Origin: Chthoniobacteraceae bacterium
GTDB lineage: Bacteria; Verrucomicrobiota; Verrucomicrobiia; Chthoniobacterales; Chthoniobacteraceae
Assembly (NCBI GenBank): GCA_031409335.1
Contig: JANNWY010000179.1
Coordinates: 1-60,298, forward strand
Length of the DNA stretch: 60,298 nt
Direction of reading: 5' to 3'
The translations under genes were made by a program, and so were the position numbers. A model generated the notes under the pieces. That model was not told the DNA's origin and made no database searches. It saw nothing but the letters and a program-made list of their open reading frames with translations. Shown piece after piece: positions 49,142-60,298 of this stretch. Position 1 is the stretch's first letter, and each line of letters opens with the position of its first letter.

Positions 49142-49864
49142 ATGGCCAAGAAAAAAGCCGAGGCGCATCACGGAGGAGCTTGGAAGGTCGCGTATGCGGA
49201 CTTCGTGACGGCGATGATGGCGCTGTTCATGGTGTTGTGGATTTGTTCGCAGGACAAAAAAATCCTGCTCGCCACATCGCAGTACTTCAAACAGCCCTTT
49301 AACGCCGTGAAGGAAAACTCGGTGGGCATCATGCCCGAAAACCACGGCGGATCGGCGGGCAACGACAGCGCTGCGGACAAGACTAGCGCGGCGAATCTCA
49401 CTTTTCTGAACGCGCTGGCGAGTGAGTTGAACCGCATGATCAACATCGAAAACGACGCGGAAAAGCCGATCGACATGGAGGTCACCTCCGACGGATTGAA
49501 GATCACGCTTTATGACCGGGCAAAGCGCGCCATTTTCAAAAAGGGAACGGCGGAGATCACCGAATGGGGAAATCTCGTCCTGCAAAACCTCGCGTGGATC
49601 ATCGAGCGGAATTCACTCAAGGTGTTCATCGACGGACATTCCGCGACGGGCACGACGCCTGAGGGCGCGAGCGGAAACTACGGCCCGTGGGAACTCACGG
49701 CCGACCGCTCAAACGCGGCCCGGCGCTTGCTGGTAAAGTACGCCGTGAATCCGAAAGAAATCGAACGCGTCACCGGCTACGCCGACACGAAACCGCTGCC
49801 AAACGCGCCGCGCGAATCGCCGTCCAACGAACGCATCACCGTCAGCCTCGGCATTCACCGCTAG
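49142..49864 (+). CDS. motB: Flagellar motor stator protein MotB
   Basis: HHGGAWKVAYADFVTAMMALF; OmpA-like C-domain (WELTADRSNAARR). Confidence 0.92.
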   Translation: MAKKKAEAHHGGAWKVAYADFVTAMMALFMVLWICSQDKKILLATSQYFKQPFNAVKENSVGIMPENHGGSAGNDSAADKTSAANLTFLNALASELNRMINIENDAEKPIDMEVTSDGLKITLYDRAKRAIFKKGTAEITEWGNLVLQNLAWIIERNSLKVFIDGHSATGTTPEGASGNYGPWELTADRSNAARRLLVKYAVNPKEIERVTGYADTKPLPNAPRESPSNERITVSLGIHR

Positions 49865-49867
49865 AAA

Positions 49868-50131
49868 ATGCTCCAGGATTTCCTTGCCAGCCGCACTTCG
49901 ATTTCGCCGCCGGATTCCGCGGAAATGCCACCGCGCGTTTCGTCGTTTCAGCCATTCTTCGCCGCCCGCGCCGCCGGACTCACGGGGAAGCCGACCGAGG
50001 CCGAAGCCGACCCGGACATCAAACGCCTCGAAGCGCCCGAGATCGAACTCGTCGAGGAAGCCGGTCAAGTGCGCCGCATCATCGTGACTTGCACGTGCTG
50101 CGAGAAAATCACGATCGACTGCGAATACTGA
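49868..50131 (+). CDS. Small protein with C-terminal Cys cluster (CTCC-x6-C)
   Basis: Starts 3 bp after the motB stop; IIVTCTCCEKITIDCEY. Confidence 0.6.
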   Translation: MLQDFLASRTSISPPDSAEMPPRVSSFQPFFAARAAGLTGKPTEAEADPDIKRLEAPEIELVEEAGQVRRIIVTCTCCEKITIDCEY

Positions 50132-50159
50132 GCGGGCGCTGGTTCGGCGCGGTGATGAG

Positions 50160-51467
50160 TTAGATCAGCTTCGTCCGACCCGGCATCGCGACCGGCGCGG
50201 TTTTGAGCTTCATATCCCAACTCAGCGGCTCAGTCGGACGCGTGTCTTCCTGCGCCTCGGTCGCCTCTTCCCAGCTCACCACCTGGCCCGTGTAAGCAGC
50301 CATCCGGCCCATGATCCCGACCATCGTGGAATGCGCGAGCTGATCGCCCATGTGCATCGGCGTGCCCTTGCGGAGCGAGGCGAAGAATTCGTTGTGCTCG
50401 GTCTGATACATGTCCGCTTTTTCCCCATCGTACTTCCACGAGGTGTCGTCGAGCCCTTGATAGCTCTGGCTGCGGAATGACACGATGCGGCCCGTGCCTT
50501 TTGTGCCGAAAATACGGTCGCCATTGTCGCTCCAAGTGCCCGCCTGCTGGCGGCAGAAAATCGTCCCGAGACGCCCGCCCTCGAATTCGTAACACACCGC
50601 GAAATGGTCATACACATTCCCGTATTTCTCCTCCACGCGCTGTTGCCGGCCGGCGACCGACCAGGCGCGCACCGGGTCCGCATCCTGAAACGCCCACATC
50701 ATTTTATCCACCGTGTGAATCGCCTGCTCGACGAGATGATCCCCGCTGAGCCAAGTGTAATAGAGCCAGTTGCGGAGCTGCCATTCGAGATCGCCCCACT
50801 CCGGCTTGCGATCCTTCTCCCACGGCGACCCGCCCATGTAAGCGCCGTACACCGAACGCACTTCGCCAATCTCGCCGCCGTGAACCCGCTTCATCAATTC
50901 CCGCTCGCCATTCGCGAAGCGGTAGCAAAACCCCGACAGCAGCCCGAGCCCCTTCTTCTTCCCTTCCGCTGCCGCTTCCATGAAACGGCGCACACCCGGC
51001 GCATCCACCGCGCACGGCTTTTCGCAAAAGGCATGTTTGCCTGCCGCGACCACCTTCTTCAAATGCTCCGCCCGAAACGCCGGCGGCGTTGTGAGCAACA
51101 CCACATCGACCTCCGGCATCGCGCAAATTTTGTCGATCGCATCCAGGCCGACGAATTTGTGCTTCGGATCGACCATCACCTTCGAGCCCTGATCGGTTTC
51201 GAGATTTTTGCACGCCGTTTCCAGCCGGTCGGAGAACGCATCACCCATCGCGATGAGTTGCGTGTTCGAGTCCGCATTCAGCGCCTGTCCGGCTGCACCC
51301 GAGCCGCGTCCGCCGCAACCGACGAGCGCGATGTTCAGCTTCTTCCGATCATCCGCTCCGCGGAGAATCGCGGGCGCTTGTCCGAGCAGGATTCCGCCAG
51401 CGGTGGCAGCGGCAGTTTTACCGAGAAAGGCGCGACGGGAGAGTGCGTGTTCGATGGGGTTTTTCAT
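50160..51467 (-). CDS. Tat-exported Gfo/Idh/MocA oxidoreductase
   Basis: SRRAFL, GCGGRG, EKP, EQAIH. Confidence 0.88.
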   Translation of the reverse strand: MKNPIEHALSRRAFLGKTAAATAGGILLGQAPAILRGADDRKKLNIALVGCGGRGSGAAGQALNADSNTQLIAMGDAFSDRLETACKNLETDQGSKVMVDPKHKFVGLDAIDKICAMPEVDVVLLTTPPAFRAEHLKKVVAAGKHAFCEKPCAVDAPGVRRFMEAAAEGKKKGLGLLSGFCYRFANGERELMKRVHGGEIGEVRSVYGAYMGGSPWEKDRKPEWGDLEWQLRNWLYYTWLSGDHLVEQAIHTVDKMMWAFQDADPVRAWSVAGRQQRVEEKYGNVYDHFAVCYEFEGGRLGTIFCRQQAGTWSDNGDRIFGTKGTGRIVSFRSQSYQGLDDTSWKYDGEKADMYQTEHNEFFASLRKGTPMHMGDQLAHSTMVGIMGRMAAYTGQVVSWEEATEAQEDTRPTEPLSWDMKLKTAPVAMPGRTKLI

Positions 51468-51588
51468 GTGGAAGTGAGAGAAGTTAAGTGAGCCCGCTTG
51501 GATGTGTAAAGGCGTCGATTCCATCCGCCGCGCGTGGGATTCTTAGCCATTGAACGCCGGGCCGCTTTCACATCCACTCCCGCCACCC

Positions 51589-52050
51589 ATGAGCGCCGAA
51601 GCCCGACTCCGCGAACTGCAACTCGAACTCCCGCCCGCGCCAAAACCGATGGGCGTTTACAAGCCACTCGTCGCCACTGGCGCGCTCGCCTACGCCTCCG
51701 GCCACGGCCCGCTGCGCGCCGATGGCTCGCTCATCACCGGCCGCGTCGGAGCGGACCTCTCGCTTGAGGAAGGCAAGGCCGCCGCGCGCCAGGTCGGCCT
51801 CGCGATCCTCGCCACGCTGCGCGCAAATCTCGGCAGCCTCGATCGCGTGAAGCGCGTCATCAAAGTGCTCGGCATGGTGAACTCGACCGCCGACTTCGCG
51901 GAGCATCCGAAAGTCATCAACGGATGCAGCGAACTCTTCGCGGAAATCTGGGGCGCGGATGCCGGCGTCGGAGCGCGCAGCGCGGTGGGAATGGGTTCGC
52001 TGCCGGGAAATATCGCAGTGGAAATCGAGGCGATTTTCGAACTCGCGTGA
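51589..52050 (+). CDS. RidA/YjgF-family protein
   Basis: SGHGP, NGCSEL, GARSAVG..SLP.NIAVEIE. Confidence 0.88.
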   Translation: MSAEARLRELQLELPPAPKPMGVYKPLVATGALAYASGHGPLRADGSLITGRVGADLSLEEGKAAARQVGLAILATLRANLGSLDRVKRVIKVLGMVNSTADFAEHPKVINGCSELFAEIWGADAGVGARSAVGMGSLPGNIAVEIEAIFELA

Positions 52051-53138
52051 TGCACGTTATCGCTGGTCGTGAAGATTGGTATTGCGTCGAAAACGAGCGC
52101 GAAATCCCCTCGCCTGCGCTGCTCGTTTATCTCGATCGTCTCGACGGAAATCTCCACGCGATGCTCGAAATCGCGGGTGGCCCGGAGCGGCTGCGGCCGC
52201 ACATTAAGACGCACAAAATGCCCGCGATGATCGAGCGCCAGCTCGCGCTCGGCATCACGAAATTCAAATGCGCGACGCTGAAGGAAGCCGAGATGGCGGC
52301 GAATTCCGGCGCAGCGGATGTGCTCGTCGCGTATCAGCTCGTGGGGCCAAACGTGCGCGCCTTTTGGGAAATCGCGCGCGCGTTTCCCACGACGAAATTT
52401 TCCGCCATCGCGGATGATCCACGGGCCGCGCGCGAGCTTGCGAACGTGGACCATCCCGTCGAGTTGCTCGTCGATCTCGACATCGGCCAGCATCGCACCG
52501 GCATCGCGCCCGATGCGCGCGCGGCGGAACTTTACCGCATCATCGCAAACACGCCGGGCCTCCGCGCGGGCGGGCTTCACGCCTACGACGGACATCTCGA
52601 TGGTCGCGATCCCGCCGAGTGCGACGCCGCCTTCGCACCCGTCGCGAAACTGCGCGCGCAACTCGGCAACGTGCCGCGCGTCGTCGCCGGCGGCTCGCCG
52701 ACTTTCCCGATCCACGCGCGCCGCGGCGATGTCGAGTGCAGCCCCGGCACCTGCGTTTTTTGGGACGCGGGTTACGCGAAAAAATGTCCTGCGCAGCCTT
52801 TCTTTCCCGCCGCGCTCGTCCTCACGCGCGTCGTCAGCCGGGCCGTGAAAAATCAGCTCTGCCTCGACCTCGGCCACAAAGCCGTCGCCAGCGAAATGCC
52901 GCATCCGCGCGTGATTTTCCCGCAGCTCCACGACGCCACCGCGATCACCCACAGCGAGGAACATCTCGTCATCGAAACCGCGCGCGCCAGCGAGTTCCCT
53001 GTCGGCTCGGCGCTCTACGGAATCCCGTGGCACATCTGCCCGACGGTCGCGCTCCACGCGCAGGCTTTCATCGTCGAAAAGGCGCGGGTCGAAACGACGT
53101 GGCCGATCACCGCGCGCTCGCGCATCCTCGATTTATAG
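52050..53138 (+). CDS. Fold-III PLP enzyme, D-threonine aldolase / D-serine dehydratase family
   Basis: LRPHIKTHK, HRTG, YDGH, DLGHKA, SEEH, PWHICPT. Confidence 0.85.
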   Translation: MHVIAGREDWYCVENEREIPSPALLVYLDRLDGNLHAMLEIAGGPERLRPHIKTHKMPAMIERQLALGITKFKCATLKEAEMAANSGAADVLVAYQLVGPNVRAFWEIARAFPTTKFSAIADDPRAARELANVDHPVELLVDLDIGQHRTGIAPDARAAELYRIIANTPGLRAGGLHAYDGHLDGRDPAECDAAFAPVAKLRAQLGNVPRVVAGGSPTFPIHARRGDVECSPGTCVFWDAGYAKKCPAQPFFPAALVLTRVVSRAVKNQLCLDLGHKAVASEMPHPRVIFPQLHDATAITHSEEHLVIETARASEFPVGSALYGIPWHICPTVALHAQAFIVEKARVETTWPITARSRILDL

Positions 53139-53140
53139 AA

Positions 53141-54208
53141 ATGCTGATCTTCGACGCCCATCTCGATCTCGCGATGAATGCCATCGAGTGGAACCGCGAT
53201 CTCACCCTTCCCGTCGAAAAGATCCGCTCCCACGAAGCCCACTTGCGCGATGCGCCCGGACGCGGCACGGGCACCGTTTCGCTCCCCGAAATGCGCCGCG
53301 CCGGCATCGGCGTCTGCGTCGCCACGCAAATCGCCCGCATCGAGCACGACGCCTACAGCCCCGTCCCCGGCTGGAATTCCCCCGCGCAAGCCTGGGCGAT
53401 GACGCAGGCGCAACTCGCGTGGTATCGCGCGATGGAAGAAGCGGGCGAAATGATCCAAATCCGCAACGCGACCGATTTGGAAACGCACCTCGCGCGATGG
53501 CAAAACGATCCGCTCACCACGCCCATCGGCTACCTCCTCAGCCTCGAAGGCGCGGACTCGCTCATCACTCTCGGGCACTTGGAACGCGCATACGCACAAG
53601 GTTTGCGCGCCATCGGCCCAGCGCACTACGGCCCCGGCGTCTATGCCCAGGGCACCAATACGACCGGCGGCTTCAACTCGCGCGGTCGCGACTTGCTGAA
53701 GGAAATCGCTCGCCTCGGCATGATCCTCGATGTCACCCATCTCAGCGACGAATGCTTTTGGGAGGCGCTCGATCTTTTCCCCGGCCCGCTCTGGGCCAGC
53801 CATCACAACTGCCGCGCCCTCGTCCCAAATCAGCGCCAGCTTTCCGACGAACAAATCCGCGCACTCATCGCCCGCGGTGCCGTCATCGGCGCGGCACTCG
53901 ATGCGTGGATGCTCGTCCCCGGCTGGGAGCGCGGGAAGACCACACCGCAATCCTCCGGCGTCGCGCTCGCGCATGTCGCCGATCACATCGACCACTTCTG
54001 CCAGCTCGCCGGCAATGCGCTCCACTGCGGCATCGGCAGCGATCTCGACGGCGCATTCGGCACTGAGCAAACGCCCGGCGATCTCGACACCATCGCCGAT
54101 CTCCCGCGCATCGCCGACTTGCTGGAAACGCGCGGATGTTCGCGCAGCGACATCGAAAACATCACGCACGGAAATTTCCTGCGCGTGCTGCGCGAAGCGT
54201 GGCGTTGA
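53141..54208 (+). CDS. Membrane (renal-type, M19) dipeptidase
   Basis: DAHLD, SLEGAD, DVTH, SHHN, GSDLDG. Confidence 0.88.
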   Translation: MLIFDAHLDLAMNAIEWNRDLTLPVEKIRSHEAHLRDAPGRGTGTVSLPEMRRAGIGVCVATQIARIEHDAYSPVPGWNSPAQAWAMTQAQLAWYRAMEEAGEMIQIRNATDLETHLARWQNDPLTTPIGYLLSLEGADSLITLGHLERAYAQGLRAIGPAHYGPGVYAQGTNTTGGFNSRGRDLLKEIARLGMILDVTHLSDECFWEALDLFPGPLWASHHNCRALVPNQRQLSDEQIRALIARGAVIGAALDAWMLVPGWERGKTTPQSSGVALAHVADHIDHFCQLAGNALHCGIGSDLDGAFGTEQTPGDLDTIADLPRIADLLETRGCSRSDIENITHGNFLRVLREAWR

Positions 54209-54241
54209 CAGCGCGCGCCGTTTGCAGACAGCCTTTCAATC

Positions 54242-55615
54242 ATGCCCAACGAACCCGTCATTCCCACTTCCCGTCGTCACTTCATCAAGACCGCCGCAGT
54301 CGTCTCCGTGCTGGCAGGCGTCAAAATTCCCTTCGTCCACGCCGACAACGACGATGCCACGCAGATCGCCATCGTCGGCTGCGGCGGGCGCGGCACGGGC
54401 GCGGTTTCGAACGCGCTCTCCGTCAGCGGCCCGCAGATGAAACTCGTCGCCGCCGCGGATGTGCGCGCGTCGCAGATCAAGAAGAGCATCGATGCGCTGA
54501 AGACCCAGCATCCCACCGGCGTCGAAGTGCCCGACGACCGCCAGTTTGTCGGCTTCGATGGATATAAAAATGCGATCGACTCGCTGAAGCCGGGCGGTGT
54601 CGCGATCTTCACCACGCCCGTCGCGTTCCGCTGGGTCCACTACAAATACGCGATCGAAAAAGGCATCAACGTTTTCATGGAAAAACCAGTCTGCACCGAC
54701 GGGCCGACCGCGCGGCGGATGTTCGCGCTGAATGAGGAGGCGAAGACAAAAAACCTCAAAGTCGCCGTGGGGCTGATGTGCCGGCACTGCCGGTCGCGCC
54801 GGGAATTGCAGCAGCGCATCCAGGATCGCGAGCTGGGCGAAATCCTCCTGCTCCGCGCGTATCGCGTGCAGCAGCCGGTCGCCTCATTCCGCACGAAGAA
54901 ACGCGACGTCGAAAAAGACCCGAGCGAACTCATCTACCAGCTCAAAAACTTCCACAGCTTCCTGTGGGCGAGCGGCGGCGCGTTCAGCGATTTCAACATT
55001 CACAACATCGACGAAGCGTGCTGGGCCAAGGGCGACTGGCCGGTCGAGGCGAAGGGCAATGGCGGGCGTCATTTCCGCGAGGATTGGATCGACCAAAACT
55101 TCGACGCGTACTCGGTCGAATACACATTCGCGGACGGCACGAAACTCTTCTTTGAGTCGCGCAATATGGACGGGTGCGACAATCAATTCGCGACGTGGGT
55201 GCATGGCACGCAGGGGCTCGGGCGGTTTTCCTCCGCCGGCCATCACCCGTCGAAAGCGGCGATCTTCAAAAGGCAGAGCCCGAAGAGCGAAGACATCCTG
55301 TGGGCGTGCCCGAAAGAGGAGCCAAATCCGTATCAACTCGAGTGGGACGATTTCATCCAGGCGATCCGGGAAAACACGCCCTACAACGAAGTCGATAGCG
55401 GCGTGAAAGCGAGCCTCGTCACTGCGATGGGCCGCCTCTCCGCGCACAGCGGGCAGACGATCACCTACAATGACGCGCTGAACTGGAAGAGCGAGTTCGC
55501 GCCCGACGTGGACAAACTCACGCTCGACGGCCCCGCGCCGATCCTCGCGGATGCGGACGGAAAATATCCGCTCCCGCAGCCGGGCGTGAACAAGAAGAGC
55601 GAGTACAAGGTGTAG
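54242..55615 (+). CDS. Tat-exported Gfo/Idh/MocA oxidoreductase
   Basis: SRRHFI, GCGGRG, MEKP, IHNID. Confidence 0.88.
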   Translation: MPNEPVIPTSRRHFIKTAAVVSVLAGVKIPFVHADNDDATQIAIVGCGGRGTGAVSNALSVSGPQMKLVAAADVRASQIKKSIDALKTQHPTGVEVPDDRQFVGFDGYKNAIDSLKPGGVAIFTTPVAFRWVHYKYAIEKGINVFMEKPVCTDGPTARRMFALNEEAKTKNLKVAVGLMCRHCRSRRELQQRIQDRELGEILLLRAYRVQQPVASFRTKKRDVEKDPSELIYQLKNFHSFLWASGGAFSDFNIHNIDEACWAKGDWPVEAKGNGGRHFREDWIDQNFDAYSVEYTFADGTKLFFESRNMDGCDNQFATWVHGTQGLGRFSSAGHHPSKAAIFKRQSPKSEDILWACPKEEPNPYQLEWDDFIQAIRENTPYNEVDSGVKASLVTAMGRLSAHSGQTITYNDALNWKSEFAPDVDKLTLDGPAPILADADGKYPLPQPGVNKKSEYKV

Positions 55616-55635
55616 CCGCGCGCTGCCAAACTTCG

Positions 55636-56424
55636 CTACCGCGACCGGCGGCGCAGCAGGCAGAGCATGCCGATCCCGCTGATCATTGAGAGCAATGCGG
55701 ACGGCTCGGGTACGGCCACGATTCCGCTGATATGGATGTCATCCACGCCGATCCACTCGTCGTTGCCGACGGCGTTCGCGGTCAAAATGCGAAGCTGCAA
55801 TTGCGCCTGATTGTTGACCGCAGCGGCCAGCATGAAGCTCACCGGCGTCGTCAAAACCGCAAGGCTCGGACCGCTGCTGGCATCTGCCACGAATGCCGCG
55901 GGCAAATTTGTAAAATCCCCGGTCGTGCCGATCCGAAATTGAGCGACCACCGGTTGCGCGGCATTATCCGTACTCCCATCGATGTCGCGCAACGAAAACG
56001 ACACGGTGACGCTCTCCACGCTGGTCAGGTCGAGATACAGCACCAGATTCGGGCTGTCCGCCGCGGCCGATCCCTGGAGCGCGATGACGGGATTCGCGAG
56101 CGCGAATTCACTGACTCCGCCGGTCGTCATCGTATCGGGATTGGCCTGGTTCACGTTCACGTCGATGACGGTGGAGAATGTGTCGGCGACGATCAGTTGC
56201 GGATCGGCGCCGGTCGATTGGGCGGCGTCATCGCCGCGGTAGCCCACGATGCTCAGCACATTCGGTCAGCTATCCGCCACGGTGAGCAGGTTCGGATCGC
56301 TCCAGTCCTGACTGAACGGGCCGGATGAAAGCGGATGGTAAGTCATGTCCGCAAGCGCGGAGCGGGCGGCCAGCAGGGCGAGCACGCTGAAAGCACGGAG
56401 CGGAATGGTAAAATGTTTGTGCAT
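55636..56424 (-). pseudogene. PEP-CTERM protein with a single in-frame TGA at 56266-56268
   Basis: Signal peptide...ADS*PNVLSIVGYRGDD continues in frame to VPEPS-TM-RRRSR. Confidence 0.8.
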
Positions 56425-56536
56425 GAGGTCGAAGTCTTGGCCCGCGCGGTGAGGCGGGCAGGGCGCTCGTCCGTAGCGACTCCCTCGCCACATTCAGTGC
56501 ATTTTTTGGAAATGCCGTGGATCGCCTGCCGGCCGC

Positions 56537-57724
56537 TCACGTCTCCCGCAATCCGCTCGCGATGGATAAACGCGCCGCCCGAATCGCTGGAAAAAGCCCC
56601 CCGATCAAACCCAGCACCGCCGCCCAGACGATCGCCAGCACGAGCAGCCGCGGCGTGACCGCGAAGGCGAACGTGACCTGGCTGAACGTCTGCGCGTTCA
56701 TCGTCGTGGCGGTGTAGCCGTTGAAGACAAAGTAAGCGGCCAGCGCGCCGAACGCACCGCCAGCCAGCGCCAGCGCAAAGGATTCCGCGAGCACGGAAAT
56801 GACGACCGGGATCGAGCCAAAGCCCAGCGCGCGCAGGGTGGCGATCTCGCGGGTGCGCGCGGCCACGGCGTTGTACATCGTATTCAGCGCGGCAAAGAGC
56901 GCGCCGAGCGCCATCAGCGCCGCGATGAAGACGCCGATCTTCGTGATGAAATCCGTCGTGAACGTGGATTGCTCCGCAAAAAAATCCGAGAGCCGCGCGA
57001 CCTTTACCGTGAGCTGCGGATTGGCGGTCAGCGCGTCCTTGAATTCCTGAAACGCCGCCGCGGAATGGAGCCGCGCCGTCACGGATTGGTAGTTGTCGTT
57101 GCGATTGTAGGCGGGCTGGAGCACCGCGGCGTCCGACCAGATTTCCGATTCGGCCACCCCACCGCCCGCCGTGAAAATGCCGACGATCCGCCAGGTATTC
57201 TGGCCCACGCGAATCTCGCGATCGAGATCGAGCCCGCCAAACGCACGAGCCGCTCCCACACCCACGATGATCTCATTTTTCCCCCGCTCGAAACGCCGCC
57301 CCTGCACCATCGCGACATTCCCGCGCACGTCGAAAGCCTGCGCCTCGATGCCGCGCAACGGCACATTCGCGCTCATGCCGGTGGAGCGTTTCGGCAGGTC
57401 GATGATGACGAACAATTCCGCCGACGCGAGCGGCCCCTGCGCATTGCGCGCGATGCCCGGCGCATCGGCGATCATCCGCGTCTCATCACGCGAAAACCCG
57501 CTCGTCATCTCGCTGTCCGCACCGCTCCGCAGCACGATCGCCACATCGGGCGAACCCGAGACCGTGAGCGCGCGGCGAAAGCCCTCCGCAATCGCCAGCA
57601 CGCTCACCAGCACCGCGACCACGCCCGCGATCCCGATGGCTGCCGTCACCGCCGCGCCCTTGCGCTCGGGGATGGTGCGCAGATTAAAAAACGCGACGGA
57701 AAAAATCTGAGAGAGCCAGTTCAT
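56537..57724 (-). CDS. MacB/FtsX-like ABC permease
   Basis: RTREIATLRALGF; periplasmic core followed by 3 TM helices. Confidence 0.85.
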   Translation of the reverse strand: MNWLSQIFSVAFFNLRTIPERKGAAVTAAIGIAGVVAVLVSVLAIAEGFRRALTVSGSPDVAIVLRSGADSEMTSGFSRDETRMIADAPGIARNAQGPLASAELFVIIDLPKRSTGMSANVPLRGIEAQAFDVRGNVAMVQGRRFERGKNEIIVGVGAARAFGGLDLDREIRVGQNTWRIVGIFTAGGGVAESEIWSDAAVLQPAYNRNDNYQSVTARLHSAAAFQEFKDALTANPQLTVKVARLSDFFAEQSTFTTDFITKIGVFIAALMALGALFAALNTMYNAVAARTREIATLRALGFGSIPVVISVLAESFALALAGGAFGALAAYFVFNGYTATTMNAQTFSQVTFAFAVTPRLLVLAIVWAAVLGLIGGLFPAIRAARLSIASGLRET

Positions 57725-57728
57725 AAAA

Positions 57729-58889
57729 TCACGCATTGCGCCGCAGCGCCTCCGCGATGCGCAGCCGCATCGCCTGCATCGCGGGGAAAATGCCCGCGAC
57801 GAGCCCGAGCACGAGGACGAATCCCGCGCCGAGCAAAAGATCACGCCCCGGCACGTAAAAGACCGGCAGAATCGACGCCACCAGGCCACCAAGGAGCAGC
57901 GCCAGCAGCCACGCGAGCCCGAGCCCGAGCAGGCCGCCGACCAGCGCGATGACGCAGGATTCCAGCAGCACAAGAAAGAGCACGCGCTCGTTCGTAAAGC
58001 CAATCGCCTTCAGCACGCCGATCTCCTCCGTCCGCTCGCGCACCGCCTGCCCCATCGCATTTCCCACCACGAGCAGGATCGTGAAAAAGACCGCGCTCAG
58101 CACCGCCATCAGGATCGTGCCGATGTCGCCGACCTGCTGCGCGAAGCCCGCGATCATCGCGGCCTCGGACTCCGCCTTGGTTTCGTTGGGCGAATTCGCA
58201 AACTCGTCATCGATTTTTTTCGCGATCTCCGCGCTCTGGTCCGCATTGCGAATGCGCACGCTGAACCAGCCGATCTCGCCCTTCCCGCGCGGACGCGCCT
58301 CGTCGAAATAGTCGTAGCGAAAAAACATTCCCGAAGTGTCCGTCCCCGTTTTTTGGCCATCGTAGATTCCGACGACTTCAAAATCCCAATGCGACTTCCC
58401 CGCCGGTTCGCCCCAGATCGGCGACGTCAGCGGGATGTGGTCGCCGACTTTGAACTGGAAGCGCTTCGCCAAAGTGCGCCCGATGATCGCGCCATTGCGC
58501 ACCTTCAGCCACGCCTCCTTCTCCCCCGGCGGGACAAGATATTCGGGAAACATCGCAAGAAATTTTTCCGGCTCGACGGGGATGCTCGCGAAGAAATTTT
58601 TCGGCTCCTTGTAGATGCCGCCAAACCACGACTGCCCCGCCACCGCATCGACGCCGGGGATTTGCCCGATGCGCTGCTCGTAGCTCTGCGGGAGCGACTG
58701 AATGATCGAAATCTTATGCCGGACCATCAGCCGGTCCTTCCCCGCCAGCGTCACGCCCGCGGTGAACGCCGCCTTGATTGCGCACAAAAATCCGAACAAC
58801 AAAAACGCCACGAAAATCGACAGCGTCGTCAGCACCGCGCGCAATTTCTTGCGCTTCAGATTGCTCCAGACGAGGCCGAAAAATTTCAT
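57729..58889 (-). CDS. MacB/FtsX-like ABC permease
   Basis: NLKRKKLR, WFGG, RERTEEIGVLKAIGF. Confidence 0.85.
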   Translation of the reverse strand: MKFFGLVWSNLKRKKLRAVLTTLSIFVAFLLFGFLCAIKAAFTAGVTLAGKDRLMVRHKISIIQSLPQSYEQRIGQIPGVDAVAGQSWFGGIYKEPKNFFASIPVEPEKFLAMFPEYLVPPGEKEAWLKVRNGAIIGRTLAKRFQFKVGDHIPLTSPIWGEPAGKSHWDFEVVGIYDGQKTGTDTSGMFFRYDYFDEARPRGKGEIGWFSVRIRNADQSAEIAKKIDDEFANSPNETKAESEAAMIAGFAQQVGDIGTILMAVLSAVFFTILLVVGNAMGQAVRERTEEIGVLKAIGFTNERVLFLVLLESCVIALVGGLLGLGLAWLLALLLGGLVASILPVFYVPGRDLLLGAGFVLVLGLVAGIFPAMQAMRLRIAEALRRNA

Positions 58890-58957
58890 GGGCGGACTCT
58901 GCGGAAATGCGCGGAATGTTGCAACCGAAGCGTTCGCCGGGGGCGAAGTCGCGCGAC

Positions 58958-60298
<1,341 letters not shown>

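Noticed and set aside
48275..49864. Zorya (ZorAB) or ExbBD/TolQR interpretation of the stator pair
   Set aside because: MotA has no long ZorA tail, no zorC/D/E genes are adjacent, and the motifs are canonical flagellar MotA/MotB
56266..56268. Selenocysteine or genome-wide TGA=Trp recoding
   Set aside because: The context is not a Cys/redox site, and many genes here (folB, ridA, dipeptidase) end normally at TGA

Overview
GC-rich bacterial chromosome segment, inferred to be Verrucomicrobiota (Chthoniobacter/Spartobacteria-like) from PEP-CTERM, LEPR-XLL and DUF1080/DUF6797 genes, Tat-exported Gfo/Idh/MocA proteins and heptamer repeats. Left to right it holds: an IS256-like end; a YncE/phosphoesterase gene; a ~14.4 kb minus-strand nitrate assimilation operon (two NrtA, NrtBCD, AlgE-like porin, CysJ-like diflavin reductase, NirA, DmsB-DmsC fusion, NasA-type nitrate reductase) with a sigma54-type promoter and a decayed LysR; an M64 peptidase module; alkaline phosphatase; folB; two ECF sigma/anti-sigma loci; secDF-yajC; a solo integron-type cassette (GIY-YIG nuclease) whose attC-like sites are hit by MITEs; a Ser/Thr kinase; a BrnTA-like pair; gloA; xylB; stand-alone motAB; a RidA/PLP-enzyme/dipeptidase cluster; ABC permeases; and a TPP riboswitch with partial thiC. 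The most notable observations are an ECF-linked HtrA homolog lacking all three catalytic residues, a nitrate/nitrite reduction module with unusual electron supply (membrane DmsBC anchor plus a shared NirA/CysJ N-terminal motif), an in-frame kinase-deleted hybrid sensor, and the MITE-interrupted solo cassette. All calls are by eye from motifs; no database searches were run.
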